Position numbers and translations under genes: made by a program. From Octopus sinensis (lineage: Eukaryota): DNA of 64,000 bases. Where the stretch lies: contig NC_043019.1 of assembly GCF_006345805.1 (NCBI RefSeq), positions 11,965,360 through 12,029,359 on the forward strand, in the 5' to 3' direction. Below, one piece after another: positions 24,641 through 36,603 of this stretch (within the stretch, counting starts at the first letter, position 1; each line of letters opens with the position of its first letter). Under the pieces are notes generated by a model. It was not told the DNA's origin, made no database searches, and was given only the letters and a program-made list of their open reading frames with translations.

Positions 24641-27563
24641 CTAAGGGAGAGCACTGTTGGTATTCAAAACAATATAGACACACTTCAACGTGCTTTCTTT
24701 CCACCGCTGTAGTTGTAGTCTACCCTCCGGCAGGGGATGGTGGTGATCCCTGCTGTACTCTTTCACCACAACTGTCTTTCACTCTTACTTCCTGTTTCTG
24801 TTGTACCTGTATTTCAAAGGGCCGGCCTTGTCACTCTCTGTGTCACGCTGAATATCCCCGAGAACTACGTTAAGGGTACACGTGTCTGTGGAGTGCTCAG
24901 CCACTTACACGTTAATTTCACGAGCAGGCTGTTCCGTTGATTCGGATCAACCGGAACCCTCGTCGTCGTAACCGACAGAGTGCTTCCATGCATTCTACCC
25001 ATTATTATTTTGGGGAATTTTCAGAAAAATTTTTTGCGACTTTGTGTTCTACGCACAGGAATTCATACTGTAATGCAAAACTCAAGCACAGAAAAAATTT
25101 TGGTGCGTGACTTAAAGGCTGATATTTTTAACACAACAAAACGTCAGAGGGTCAAAGAAACGAGGAGGGTATTAGGTAGTCGTGAGATGTGCTAAAAATA
25201 GCAGCTAAATAGCCTTTAAATCCCGAAAAAATGTTTGGGTTTTTTTTTATAGTTGTATAAATTCCACTCTGTAGAATAAAAAATTGCCAAAATTTCCTGA
25301 AAATTCCAAAAAAATAAATAAGTTAGGAGGCTGGAGTGGCTGTGTGGTAAGTAGCTTGCTAACCAACCACATGGTTCCGGGTTCAGTCCCACTGCGTGGC
25401 ACCTTGGGCAAGTGTCTTCTGCTATAGCCCCGGGCCGACCAATGCCTTGTGAGTGGATTTGGTAGACGGAAACTGAAAGAAGCCTGTCGTATATATGTAT
25501 ATATATATATGTATGTGTGTGTGTTTGTGTGTCTGTGTTTGTTCCCCTAGCATTGCTTGACAACCGATGCTGGTGTGTTTACGTCCCCGTCACTTAGCGG
25601 TTCGGCAAAAGCGAACGATAGAATAAGTACTGAGCTTCCAAAAAGAATAAGTCCCGGGGTCGAGTTGCTCGACTAAAGGCGGTGCTCCAGTATGGCCGCA
25701 GTCAAATAACTGAAACAAGTAAAAGAGTAAAAGAGTAAAGAGTAAGTTATGAGGTGTTATATGGGGTGCTTAAAACAGAATTCCACTTAATCCAGTACAC
25801 CTCTACTTTTTTTTCGTCACTTGCAATGGTAGTGAATTAACAGAATTGTCAGAGTTTCAGGCATAACAGTATTTAGTTATGGTTCTTAATGTTTTGGGTC
25901 CTTGCTTTTTCAGACCAGCCAGTACAGTATTCTATAATGCATTGGAGATGTGACTAGAATTAAAACAGAACACAACAAAACTCAAAATTAAGGAAATATT
26001 TCCAGTACATGAACACCTACCAAAAGGAACATTAAGAAGAAATATAATCTAGGCACAGGAGTGGCTGTGTGGTAAGTAGCTTGTCTACCAACCACATGGT
26101 TCCGGGTTCAGTCCCACCTCGTGGCACCTTGGGCAAGTGTCTTCTACTATAGCCTCGGGCCGAACAAAGCCTTGTGAGTGGATTTGGTAGACGGAAACTG
26201 AAAGAAGCCTGTCGTATATATGTATATATATATATGTGTGTGTCTGTGTTTGTCTCTCTAGCATTGCTTGACAACCGATGCTGGTGTGTTTATGTCCCCG
26301 TCACTTAGTGGTTTGGCAAAAGAGAACGATAGAATAAGTACTGGGCTTCCAAAAAGAATAAGTCCCGGGGTCGAGTTGCTCGATTAAAGGCGGTGCTCCA
26401 GCATGGCCGCAGTCAAATGACTGAAACAAGTAAAAGAGTAAAAAGAGTAATCTAAGAAATTTTTGTATTCAACTATTGGTGATGTGAGTGGATAACAAAA
26501 GAATAAAAAATAACATAAGAATTTTACGTTTCAGCAATCAAAACGATAGAGAAATATATCGACAGTAGTTCATATATCCCCAAAAGAAACATATTCTAAA
26601 GCATTAGAGCAATAATGTATTTTTTTAGGAAGTTAATAGTATGGAAAGCATAGTTGACTTCCATAGACCAATTTGATTAGTTTAAATATTGGGGTTTTTT
26701 TTTCTTCAAACAGAAATGTCTTCTTCTTTAGGTTGAAGGAGAAACAGGAATTGAGGTGTTTAATGCAAAAAACGATTTTTTCCTTTTTTATATTAGTACA
26801 AGACTACAAGATCGTACAGGGAGCATACAGTTCTTGCTTCCAAGTTTGTAGTGGGAAACGTTTTAGATGTGGGCATTGACTGAATACTTTATTCCTGGAG
26901 TTTAAAAAGGTCCCTGGATTGAGAAAGTTTTTTAAGATTCTTTCCCTCTCTGCCAAGTAAAGCTTTCATCATTTGCTCTCATTTATATGAGTCCAAAAAA
27001 AAATAACAAAATATGAATTAAAATGATCAATCTTAAGTTGAACAAAACCATATGAAATTGTATGAAGATATGAACTATGCCTAGAGGAGTCACTCCAGAT
27101 ATTTATGCCAGAGAGTAACCTAATTAACTGTTGATAGGAATTTGTGATAAACTAAGTATTTCTACAATAAATTTTTCAGTAGGTTCCCGAGATAACTTTA
27201 ACACAATAGCGAGAGACATTGGTCATGATGAATATGATACCTGAGGGATAAATGCAAATCATCTTATCTAATTTATGATATGTGTATATATGTGTATGTG
27301 CATATGAATATATATAAAATCTTTTTAATTTCTTTAAATTAAAAAAATTATTTATTTATTTTATTGACTTTATTATTGTTATTTTCTAATTTTTGTATAT
27401 AAAAAATATTTTAAACATTTAAAATTTTTTAAAATTTTCTTTAATTTCTAATTTTTAATTTTAATTTTTTAAAAAGTCTTTTAATTCAATTAATTTAAAA
27501 TTATATTTGGCCTTTAATTTTATTTTATTTTTGATTTTCAAAATAACTCTCTTTTATCTTATA

Positions 27564-27692
27564 AGGTTGTCCCAAAAGTTCATAAACACTTGCGAAAATT
27601 TGAATTTTTATGCAATTTTTAATTGTTTGTTTGGGTTTATATTGTTATAAAATTCAATTTTCGCAAGTGTTTACGAACTTTTGGGACAACCT
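27564..27692. mobile_element. Tc1/mariner-like palindromic MITE
   Basis: ~43-bp TIRs aggttgtcccaaaagttc..aaacacttgcgaaaatt / aattttcgcaagtgttt..gaacttttgggacaacct. Confidence 0.7.
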
Positions 27693-28390
27693 AATATTTC
27701 TATGTTTGACTTCATATTTCTCTCTCTATCTCTGTTTAATATCCACTCTCACAAAAGCTTCTTCTACCTTGCCATCATAATACAATTACTGCTGATTTTT
27801 CATTCACTTTTTAATACAATTCCTTTCTGTGTGGAATAGTATGAATGACTAAATATTGAAGAGTTGACCATGAGAGTAAGTGGCTTATAATCAAATTTGA
27901 CCTGAAGACAATGCAACTGTTTTTGTGTTATGACCCAATTACAAAAACTAATGCTTTTATGACTGTTCTTTCCTCAATTTCGGAGCATCCTCTGCTCCAT
28001 TTCTATCGAATGCCTCCCTCCTCCATTCTATTCCTTCCTCTCTCCCTTTCTTTCCTTTAGTCCTTCTTTTCCAATTCATCACTTTTTTCTTTCCCTTTCC
28101 TCTTTATCTCTCTTCCACTACCCTAAACTTATACTTATTGCCTCTCTTCACCCTCCTCCCCAAGCCTGTACCATTCTTTCAGTGTTCTGTTAGGTTATAA
28201 CCAGAAATAAGTCTGACAAAAGTGACATCAATTTTCTAGGTTGTTCAATTTTTCTCAGCTTAGCAATGACCCAGTTGAATAAATTTATCAATAGGAATCT
28301 ATAATGACTATTGGATACAGCTATAAGTAAAATTTACTACAATAAAGGAAAATATTTAATGACCATTATTTATACCTTATCTTATATAGA

Positions 28391-28616
28391 TACGAGGTGG
28401 GGGCAGTTATTGAAAAGTTCCTGGTTTTAAGGGTATTATGAAAGGCCTGGTTGGAGGCCCAACCTTCCGAGTTCTTTTACAGGGCTTAAGAAAACTGAAG
28501 GACTGCTGCAATATGTGTGTGAATCTGAGATGGGAATATGTTGAATAAAATCATAATTAATTGATTCTCCTGTATTTTTTTTTACCCAAAGCCAGGAACT
28601 TTCCAGCACTCCCTCG

Positions 28617-28619
<3 letters not shown>
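28391..28619. mobile_element. Mariner-type MITE; also at ~17624-17845 and ~31341-31562
   Basis: TA-flanked, TIR tacgag(g)...gaaaagttcctgg / ccaggaactt...ctcgta. Three similar ~220-bp copies. Confidence 0.75.
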
Positions 28620-28830
<211 letters not shown>

Positions 28831-29049
28831 TTTCACAACAAATTCCTATAGAATCAGTATCTATACCAATTGAAATGTGTACTTGTAGAAATTTTCATTA
28901 AAATATGTCCATTTTCTGGAAATAATGAGGAAACAAAGTACAGTGTGAGCACACACGTGTAGGAATGCCGAAAAAAAACTCATTTTTCTGAAAGTTATGA
29001 GGAAACAAAGCCGGTTCGTGTGAATTTTCCGAAACTCCTCTTCTCACCC

Positions 29050-29523
29050 ATAGAGAGTTTTTCCCAACACAATCCGATATGTTTACAAAGTAGAAAACAG
29101 CACAGCTCCCATGACTTTAGGAAACATTTTTTCACGCTAAGAGTTGCTGAAGCATGGAACAAACTGCCGACATCAGTTGTTAGTTGTCGGAGCACTGCAT
29201 CCTTCAAAACTTCCATGCTTCCTGAGATTCGCCGACACTACACCTGATTTTCTCCCCTCCATACACACGCAAGCATGTATCTGACTCATACACTCTTCAA
29301 AACTTCCATGCTTCCTGAGATTCGCCAACACTACACCTGATTTTCTCCCCTCCATACACACACAAGCATGTATCTGACTCATACATTGTTCGCTTCCCAG
29401 ACATTTGTACATTACTGCATATGCTTTATACACACTTTTGACAAGTTGTGGTGCACCTGAGCACTGTATACAATAATTTCATCATTACTATTATTATTAT
29501 TATTATTTTTATTATTATTATTA
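29050..29523 (+). mobile_element. CR1/L2-group LINE 3' end with 93-bp tandem duplication and (ATT)n tail
   Basis: RKHFFTLRVAEAWNKLPTSVVSCRSTASFK terminus. Duplicated units start at 29202 and 29295. Confidence 0.8.
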
Positions 29524-29669
29524 TCGGAATCGAGGGTGGGGCACACATGTGTAGGAATGCCCGAATGTCCTGGATTTCTATAAATAGAAAAGCTCGATAA
29601 TTCTGAATGACTAATAAATTATATACGGACTTGTTAATATATTTGTTCGTATTTAGAATCAGAGTGGGA

Positions 29670-29900
29670 TTTCCCCGGTGAGTTGGCACGAAGGAGCCCC
29701 GCCTCGCCCCCCACCCCACCACCACCGAAGGAGAAATGGAACGACTTTTGTTAGAGAGTTATCTTTCCTTGACCGGAAGTAGTTCTAGTTGTGTTTTCGG
29801 CTGCCAAGTACTTCCGGCAATATGGCTGTCGTGTGAAACGTCACCTTCCAAGAAAAACAATTCGATATCATTGATCTTGTTTATTTAATGTAAACCGACC
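29670..29900 (+). promoter_or_regulatory. Putative UNC50 core promoter and 5' UTR
   Basis: GC/CpG-rich stretch with two oppositely oriented ETS sites (CCGGAAGT 29773-29780, ACTTCCGG 29810-29817) and a YY1-like AATATGGCTG (29819-29828). Confidence 0.55.
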
Positions 29901-30746
29901 ATGCAGCCGTTTGGTAAAGTTCCACACTCTCCTACACCTTCACCCAAACCTCAACAATCGCCATTCGACGGCTTCAGACGGTCGACTTCTTTAGAAAGTA
30001 ATTCGTCGACGATCAGCCAAGAAAATGGTTTGGCCCGACTGACTGCGGCTGCCAAGAGGAAGAAATACTTTCGGAGATTGTTCAAGTTCCGCCAGATGGA
30101 CTTCGAATATGCTTTCTGGCAGATGATTTACCTGTTTGTGTCCCCTCAAAAAGTCTACAGGAACTTTCAGTATCGCAAACACACCAAGGACCAGTGGGCC
30201 CGCGACGACCCTGCTTTTCTCGTTTTGCTCAGTTTCTGGTTACTGGTGTCCTCAATTGGATTTGCTTTTGTTTTGAAACTACATTTCGTTGGATTTCTAA
30301 AATTTATTGTCTGGGTAATTTTCATTGACTGCATCGGTGTCGGCATTTTGATCGCCTCTTTGTTGTGGTTCGTCACAAACCGATACCTCATCATTGCACC
30401 ACCCCGCGGTCAAGATGTCGAATGGGGATACGCGTTCGACGTACACCTGAACGCTTTTTTCCCTTTACTCATGATATTACATCTCTTCCAGCTAGCCTTC
30501 TTAAATTCTGTGATAAACTATGACTTGTTCCTGTCCAGACTGTTTGGCAACACCCTCTGGCTTGTTGCTATCGGATACTATGTCTACATAACTTTCCTCG
30601 GCTACAGTGCGTTGCCTTTTCTCAAGAACACCCGCTCCCTGCTGTATCCAATGACGTTGCTAGTGTTTGTGTACTTCCTGTCTCTCATTGCTGGTTGGAA
30701 CTTCAGTAATGGTCTCTGCTATTTCTACAAATATAGGGTGCTCTGA
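29901..30746 (+). CDS. UNC50: Protein unc-50 homolog (Golgi/inner nuclear membrane multi-pass protein); CDS is intronless
   Basis: 281-aa ORF with family motifs RRLFKFRQMDFEYAFWQM, KHTKDQWARDDPAF, DVEWGYAFDVHLNAFFP and YITFLGYSALPFL, several hydrophobic segments, and good start context (ccgaccATG). Confidence 0.97.
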   Translation: MQPFGKVPHSPTPSPKPQQSPFDGFRRSTSLESNSSTISQENGLARLTAAAKRKKYFRRLFKFRQMDFEYAFWQMIYLFVSPQKVYRNFQYRKHTKDQWARDDPAFLVLLSFWLLVSSIGFAFVLKLHFVGFLKFIVWVIFIDCIGVGILIASLLWFVTNRYLIIAPPRGQDVEWGYAFDVHLNAFFPLLMILHLFQLAFLNSVINYDLFLSRLFGNTLWLVAIGYYVYITFLGYSALPFLKNTRSLLYPMTLLVFVYFLSLIAGWNFSNGLCYFYKYRVL

Positions 30747-31563
30747 AGAAATACTAACACTCATCCATTCTTTCACGTGTCTTGCTCTCCTTCCAGCACT
30801 TGTTTCTTTTAAAACTGCCAAAACAATTCTGAAAACTCTGGCGTTTTCTCTTCTATCAGAAGTGAGAAAGCGAATTTTACGAAAACAACTCATGTTAAAG
30901 TAAGAATTCCTATCAAAACATCACTGAGTGTGTAAAAATAACACAAACAAACAAAAACTCCCTTCTCCATAATTTACTAAACTTTCCTTGATTTAATTTT
31001 TATCCTTTTTGTTTTGTTTACATTTCTTTCCCGTTTCTTCCTTTTCCTTTTCCTCTGTCCTTTTTTTTATTTCTTTCCTTCCTTCCTTCCTTCCAAACTT
31101 CGTCTCTGTTGGATTGCTAAACTTAGGGTAACACCCTCCTATTTTTTTTTACCCCTGATCTACTTTTCTACTTTCATCCCTTTCTCTTCTAACTCACCTG
31201 CTTCTAAGATAATTCTTCAATTTAATTTAAACTGCATGAATGAAGTAACTAAACCCATTCCAGTTTTCATAGTTTCAACACTGAAACTAATATATATATA
31301 TATTATATATATATATTATATATATATATATGTATGTATATACGAAGTGGGTGCTGTAAAGTTCCTTGCTTTAAATGTATCACAAAAGGTCTGGTTGGAG
31401 GGCCCAACCTTTCTAGTTCTTTTTACAAGGCTTAGAAAAACTGAAGGACCACTGTAATAAGTGTGTGAATCTGAGAGGGGAATATGTTGAATAAAATCAT
31501 AATTATCTGATCCTCCTGTACTTTCTTGTACTCAAAGTCAGTAACTTTTCAGCATCTCTCATC

Positions 31564-31632
<69 letters not shown>

Positions 31633-34600
31633 TATATATACCAGAGTAAACACATAAATGTGAAACAAGGTGGAAAAAAGAGTACTCAAATACCAGGGTT
31701 ACTGCTTTTAAATAAAGTATATATATATATATATATATATATATGATCTGGGGATCCAAGTGTAGGAAGTTTGTAAGCTTCAAGCAGTAAGTGGCTGATA
31801 TAGAGAACAAAATGTGGACAGTATATCATTAGATACAATAACAATTTAATGGCATTGAGAGTTATACACTTTTCCTTTTTGCTTTTATTTTTGTACTTAT
31901 AAGAATATTTCAAGAATTTATTATCAATTTCTAACATTTTTGTACAAATGAAAATAATGAAGACATTATTATTATTGCTTAGAGTAGATCACCTGTGTCT
32001 TTCTTCTGCATTCAAAACCATACAAGGGTTAACTTTGCCCTTCAACCTATCCTGGCACAGTAATAAACGGGGTGGGAGTGGAGAAAGGACAAACCATACA
32101 ACTGTGCCCCACTCATCTTATAAACTTGGTTTTGTAAGATAAGTGGGGCTTAGTTGGATGTCTGTGTGTGTGTGTGTACATACATAGTCATACAATATAA
32201 TATATTTTTTTATTGCCCACAAGGGGTTAAACATAGAAGGGACAGACAAAGGGATTAAGTCGACTACATCGACCCCAGTGTGTAATTGGTTCTTTATTTA
32301 TCGATCCTGAAAGGATGAAAGGTAAAGTTGACCTCGCCGGAATTTGAACTCAGGACGTAACGGCAGACGAAATACCGCTGAGTATTTTGCCCAGCGCGCT
32401 AACATTTCTGCCAGTACTCACACACACACACACATCCATATTTTCATAAACATTTGACTCTTACTGAGATTTTTTATTTTTTATTATTAAATAATAATTC
32501 AAGGTGGCAAGAAGCTGGCAGTATCATCAGAGTGTCGGACAAAATGCCTAGCAACATTCCTTTATGTTCAGAGTTCAAATTCTGCCAAAGTCAACTTTGC
32601 CATTTCTTCCTTCAGCGTTGATAAAATAAAGTACCAGTCAAGTACTAGGACTGATGTAACGAACTCCCTTTCCCCTTCAAAATTGCCGGCCTTGTGCCAA
32701 AAATTAGAATTATTATTGCTCCTAATACAATATTTTTTGTTCATGCTTACAAGTATAATTCACTTTAATACTTTTGGTACCAACCCACCCAAGACCACCT
32801 TTGCTTCTATGATATAAGCTTTCCATTTTAAGATGATCTAAATAAAAATTTCTCATTAAGCTTCCATGTTAATGTATGCCCCAATTACCACCTAGTTATT
32901 TTAATTAATTCTTTATTATTTTCAAAATTAATTGAAATAAAGAGGGTGTATTTCAACAGAAATATGGTAACTAACGGGTTGAGTAAGGTACCTGCAAGTT
33001 GCATCTTATATTATAAAATATGAAACTAGGGTTTTTGATTTTTCCCAAGGGGACATTCACATACAGAATTTTTTTACTGTTCTTGATGTGGTTTTTAGTC
33101 CCTGGTATTGCTGCTGACCTTCCTTCCCCCCTACTGTAACTCTGGGATGTTCTTGTTATATAGCTTCTGTTGGCCTTCCTTGATCAGATGTTTATGTAAA
33201 TATCTCAATCATTGGATGTGACCAACATCCAGCACTCTGGATGTATTGTACCTCCATTTGCTTGACAAACACACTCTGCACACCCAACACGAAACCGTTT
33301 CTTCTGCAGGGTGCAGTGTTTCATTATCTCAAATTCCTGCTGATGTTAACTTTGCCTTTCATCCTTTTGGTGGTTGATAAAATAGATACCAGCCAAGTAC
33401 TGGCATCGATGTAACTCCCACCCACAAAATTTCAGGCCTTGTGCCTGTAACCCTTTAGCATTTAAACCAGCCATAACCAACCAAAATACTCCACCCATTT
33501 TATGTTCAAACTAGCTAGATCCGGCCTCTCACACTTACCTTACAATGTCATTCTTAAAATATACAATCACATCATTGAAATAATCAAAGCTACAAGAAAA
33601 TGCATTATTTATTCAAAATGATGGGAATAAATAAGTGTTACATTTAACAAAGAAATCCAAATGTTAACTGTCCACTGTCCGGGTTCCACTAGTGGTGGTG
33701 GTCATGGTAGAGACAGAAAATGGTAGATTTGGTTGTTTCCCTTCAGAAGTCTTGAGTTTTAGTAGTTTACTAAGAAGTCATTATTTCTTTCAGACTGTAG
33801 CCAGCACCATTTGGTTGCTATTTTTAGTAGGTCGACTATAGATATTTTTTATTTATGCACCCTTTTCAAGCCTAGCCAGGCTCATGGGTCCGGTTTCTAT
33901 GGCGTATGTGTTCCCCCCAGCTGGATAGGACGCTAGTCCATCACAGTGTTACTCAAGAAACAGGAAGAAAGAGTGAGAGAAAGTTGGGGGGCAAAGGAGT
34001 ACAACAGGGGTCGCCACCACCCCCTGCCAGAGCCTCGTGGAGCTTTTAGGTGTTTTTGCTCAATAAACACACACAACGCCCAGTTTGGCAATCGAAACTG
34101 CGATCCTCTGACTGCAAGTCCGCTGCCCTAACCACTGGGCCAGTCTGCCTCCACTCGACTATAGATAAGCTCACAGAAATTTGAATTCACAATTTAAAGT
34201 TGCTGTTGTGCTTCGTTAGTCCCAAATCAACCCAGAACTAATTCATTTATGATGAAAAGCATTGTAACTCTGACCATTGTCTTTTTCTTCTCCCCTGCCC
34301 CCCAGGCATAGTATATCTAGGTTTCCACTACCAAGTATGTTATATTTCTTTTTTAAGATAACAGAGTATCAACCCCAGTACTTATTTTTTAAAATCATGA
34401 CACTTAATCTACCAGTCTCTTTTGCCAAACTGCTAGGTTATGGGGACATAAACACACCACCACTGGTTGTCAAGCAGTGATGGTGGAAGACAAACACAGA
34501 CACACATATATATATATATATATACACATATGTATATAAAGGGCTTTGGTCGGCCCAAGTCTATAGTAGAAGACATCTTACCAAGGTGCCACTGTGGGAC

Positions 34601-35611
34601 TGAACCCTGAACCATGTGGTTGGAAAGCAAGCTTCTTACCACACAGCCACGCCTACAAACTTCCTGTTTAAAAGTGATCTAAATTTAAAACTTTCCATCA
34701 AAATTTCACATTAATCTATGTTTTAAACATGAGGTTAACATTGTTCTTTGTCGTTTTGAAAATTGAGACAAAACCAGTACATTTCATTGCAACAGAATTT
34801 CGGCATCAAAAGACTTAAAAGGCTGAGCAAAGACATAAAATGTCCTTTGGGTCACTGCCTGGAATCGAACTCGGAATCTTGGGGTTAGTAGCCCGCGCTC
34901 TTAACCGAGATTCCGAGTTCGCTTTCATAGACATAAAATGTCCTTCATTGTCATGTGTGATTTCAGGTTTTGAACTATTTCTCAACTTGGTTGTACTGTT
35001 ATTAACTTCAGAGAAAGGACCAATGTCACAATGTTCCATTCCACACTAAATATGTTTTGATTTAACCCTCATCTAATAAAAAAACAACTCTCCCTTTTCC
35101 AATCAACTTTCAATAACATTTGTACATATTGGGTGAAATACATCTTGATGACATACAACAGAAATCTACAACATTTAAAGTTTTTCTTTGAGTGAAATCT
35201 TCATTAACAGTGTGCTATTATCATCTTCATATTTCTTTACACTGTCACCACAAAATCTGGTGATCAACAGTTGTGGTCAGGGTGTGACCTGGCTGGTTAT
35301 ATCTGGCTACTGGGTGTTATAGCCAGAAGCATGGAACAGTAAGATGTGCATTAAATTATTGTTACCTCTGAAAAGGTGTTCAATAATTTATAATTTCTTT
35401 TCTGAGTTTATCATTTGAACTTCATTATAAGGGGTTACTAATTACATATTGTTTTACAGTTGTATATATACAAAGAAAATGTATGAAAAAATTGTTATGT
35501 ATAGTTTATTGAAATATATAATAAAATCATATAAAATGGAACTTTTGTTTCTTATAATATTTATAAAGTACATAAATATATGCCTATCATCATTATCATC
35601 ATCATCATCCT

Positions 35612-35841
35612 TTAACCCTTTCGTTACCAACCTGGCTGAAACCGGCTCTGGTTCTGTAGTACAAATGTCTTGCTTTCATAAGTTTTCAATTAAAATCATC
35701 CACCAAAACCTTTGTCACAATTTATGTTCCTAACACTAGCTTAATGATAACTAAGTTATTTTACTAAATTCTTTCTTATATTTAAAGTATTTGAAAGAAA
35801 CACAGAGCATCTCAAAATAAATACAGTAACGAAAGGGTTAA
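35612..35841. mobile_element. piggyBac-type MITE family 2 (~225 bp)
   Basis: TTAA-CCCTTTCGTTAC...GTAACGAAAGGG-TTAA. Other copies at 44477-44704 and 60632-60860, diverged ones at ~17427-17610 and ~32770-32982. Confidence 0.85.
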
Positions 35842-36192
35842 CATCCGTTTTCCATGCTGGCATGGGTTGGACGATTTAACCAGAGCTGGCAAGCTGGGGA
35901 GCTGCACCAGGTTATGTTATGATTTGGCTTGGTTTCTATGCCTGGATGCCCTTCCTAACACCAACCATTTTACAGTGTGTACTGGGTGCTTTTAATGTGG
36001 CACTGACACAGAACTCTTGCAGGCCGATCCTCTTCATCAAAGCTACAAGATAATGCATTGTTTATTCAAAATAATGGGAATAAATTCCACTGTGAAGGAC
36101 TGGTTTTTTTTTTTGAGTACATCAAGGTGCCAGGTAACTTGGTCTTTTGTCATCTCATCCAAAAGGTTCAGTGTTCTGAAGTTGTCCTTCAT

Positions 36193-36603
36193 ACGAGGGT
36201 GAGTCAAAAAGTAATGCCATTTTGTTTCGGGCAGGTATAATTACCAACACAGGAACATGTATCATACATTAAAATGAAGCTGGTCTTCTGTGGATCACAT
36301 CCCTACTTCTCAACACAGTCACCGTTTCTCTCAGTAGCAATGTTCCACCTTCGAATAAGAGCATGTATCCCTGCCCCATAAAATTCTGTTGACTGTTCTT
36401 TGAGCCACTTCTTCACTACAGTTTTCATTTCCTCATCACTGGACTATCATCTCTTTGGTCCCATGAAAGAGGATTTGAGAGGCAAACATTATTCCAGTGA
36501 CAAGGAAGTGAAAACTGTAGTGAAGAAGTGGCTCAAAGAACAGTCAACAGAATTTTACAGGGCAGGGAATTATGTTCTAATTCGAAGGTGGAACATTGCT
36601 ATT
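36193..36603. mobile_element. Mariner-derived foldback element
   Basis: TA-CGAGGG terminus and DYHLFGPMKEDLRGKHY...VKKWL...RW transposase C-terminus. 36333-36443 is the inverted copy of 36493-36603. Confidence 0.8.

Noticed and set aside
27300-27560. Extremely AT-rich tract resembling a mitochondrial control region or origin
   Set aside because: No mitochondrial gene or tRNA similarity seen. Low-complexity sequence only.
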